NCBI GenBank assembly: GCA_041752695.1
Contig: JBGSVZ010000063.1
Location: forward strand, 1-25,669
DNA: 25,669 nt
Direction: 5' to 3'
Source: Terrimicrobiaceae bacterium
GTDB taxonomy: Bacteria > Verrucomicrobiota > Verrucomicrobiia > Chthoniobacterales > Terrimicrobiaceae
Shown: piece after piece, positions 24,586 through 25,669 of the stretch
Layout of the letters: every line of letters starts with the position of its first letter
Position numbering within the stretch: the stretch's first letter is position 1
Program-made: the position numbers and the translations under genes
Notes under the pieces: model-generated
The model's database searches: none
Seen by the model: only the letters and a program-made list of their open reading frames with translations
Told to the model about the DNA's origin: nothing

Positions 24586-25669
24586 ATGACCCCCCGGTTC
24601 CTCACGCTTTTTTGGCGGCAGGTCATGCGGCAAATCTGGCGGCATCCGCTGCTCACCGGCCTGAATATTCTGAGCATCGCACTTGGGGTGGCGGTTTTTC
24701 TGGCCATCCAGATCGCCAATCGGGGAGCGCTGGACAGTTTTCGCTCCGCCGCGAGTCTCACCGCGGGCAAGGCCCATCTGGAGATCCGCGGCGACATGGA
24801 CGATGGTTTGCTTCCGGCGGTCGCGGCGACGGAGGGCGTTCTGGCCGCCACGCCTCTTGTGGAGGGCATCGTGCCCATCCCCAGCCGGCCCGGCGAATAC
24901 CTGCGCATCCTCGGCGTGGATCCGTTCAGCGGGGCGGCCCTTTTTGCTTTTACGCTGGAAGAAGGGGACGACCAGCCGATCAACTTCGAAAAATGGCTGG
25001 GCGATCCCTCGGCCATCGCCATTCAGCCCGCGGCGCGAGATCTGGGCACGACCCTCACCGTTCTGGCCAACGGCAGTCTGCGGGAGCTCCACCCGCGCTT
25101 CACGTTCCAGCCAGAAGGCCCCCTTTCCACCGCCGACAAACGCATCGCCGCGATGGACATCGGTTGGGCGCAGGAGCTGTTGGGAAAACAGGGACGCCTC
25201 ACCGCCATCCAGGTGCTGCTGAAAAATCCGACCGAAACCGTGGCGGTGGCGGAGGAACTCCGCAAAATCCTGCCGACGGATGTGACGGTGACCCCGCCCG
25301 CCGCCCGCGACAAGGAAATGGAAACGATGCTGGGTGCCTTCCAGCTCAACCTGACGGCGATGAGCCTGGTTTCTCTTATTGTCGGCATGTTCCTCATTTT
25401 CAACAGCGTGGGCGCGACAGTGGTACGGCGGCGAACGGAAATCGCCGTGCTGCGGGCCTACGGAGCCACCCGCTTCGAAGTGCAGGCTCTTTTTCTGGGA
25501 GGAGCGACTCTCGACGCTCTGGCGGGTTCAGCGCTCGGACTGGTGCTCGGTCCCGTGCTCGCCCGCCTCGCCTCCCCGGCCCTGGCCGGCAGCATCTCGT
25601 CGCTCTACGAAGTCATCCGGCTCGACCACCTCACCCTCGGCCCCTGGCAGGCGGCGGCGGCCTTCGGCG
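24586..25669 (+). CDS. FtsX/MacB-like ABC transporter permease (3' end runs off the window)
   Basis: Manual translation from ATG 24586: MTPRFLTLFWRQVMRQIWRHPLLTGLNILSIALGVAVFLAIQIANRGALDSF...MDIGWAQELLG...FQLNLTAMSLVSLIVGMFLIFNSVGATVVRRRTEIAVLRAYGA. No stop before the window end. Confidence 0.9.
   Translation, partial: MTPRFLTLFWRQVMRQIWRHPLLTGLNILSIALGVAVFLAIQIANRGALDSFRSAASLTAGKAHLEIRGDMDDGLLPAVAATEGVLAATPLVEGIVPIPSRPGEYLRILGVDPFSGAALFAFTLEEGDDQPINFEKWLGDPSAIAIQPAARDLGTTLTVLANGSLRELHPRFTFQPEGPLSTADKRIAAMDIGWAQELLGKQGRLTAIQVLLKNPTETVAVAEELRKILPTDVTVTPPAARDKEMETMLGAFQLNLTAMSLVSLIVGMFLIFNSVGATVVRRRTEIAVLRAYGATRFEVQALFLGGATLDALAGSALGLVLGPVLARLASPALAGSISSLYEVIRLDHLTLGPWQAAAAFG

Noticed and set aside
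1..25669. tRNA, rRNA, riboswitch or his attenuator
   Set aside because: No cloverleaf or rRNA-like segments seen in the short intergenic gaps, and no His-rich leader peptide upstream of hisG. A covariance-model search was not possible.

Overview
GC-rich bacterial chromosomal segment. The PEP-CTERM protein, gene repertoire and intergenic repeat style suggest Verrucomicrobiota, but this is inference only. Most of it is housekeeping or envelope genes: a partial Ski2/HelY-like helicase, a PaaK/CapK-like adenylate-forming ligase, a PEP-CTERM protein, a decayed DUF4239-like pseudogene, a secreted GH16 hydrolase, a yqjD/yqjE/yqjK-like trio, galK, an atypical receiver-DUF4388 protein next to a non-RD Ser/Thr kinase, a hydrolase/GT-C-like pair, lpdA, a GNAT, a hisG-bS22-TPR-pdxH cluster, DUF2062, an OmpA-domain protein, glnD and a partial FtsX-like permease. 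Three genes are missing from the supplied ORF track: the helicase (1-1833, minus), a 34-aa bS22-like ribosomal protein (18274-18378, minus) and the permease (24586-end). The most striking non-coding structures are a RAYT transposase bracketed by two REP doublets with covarying stems (one carrying a nested ~30-nt insert), a perfect 17-bp-arm palindrome with a parS-like core, and an inverted degenerate hexamer repeat with a G-quadruplex motif upstream of lpdA. All family calls come from motif recognition by eye; no database searches were run.
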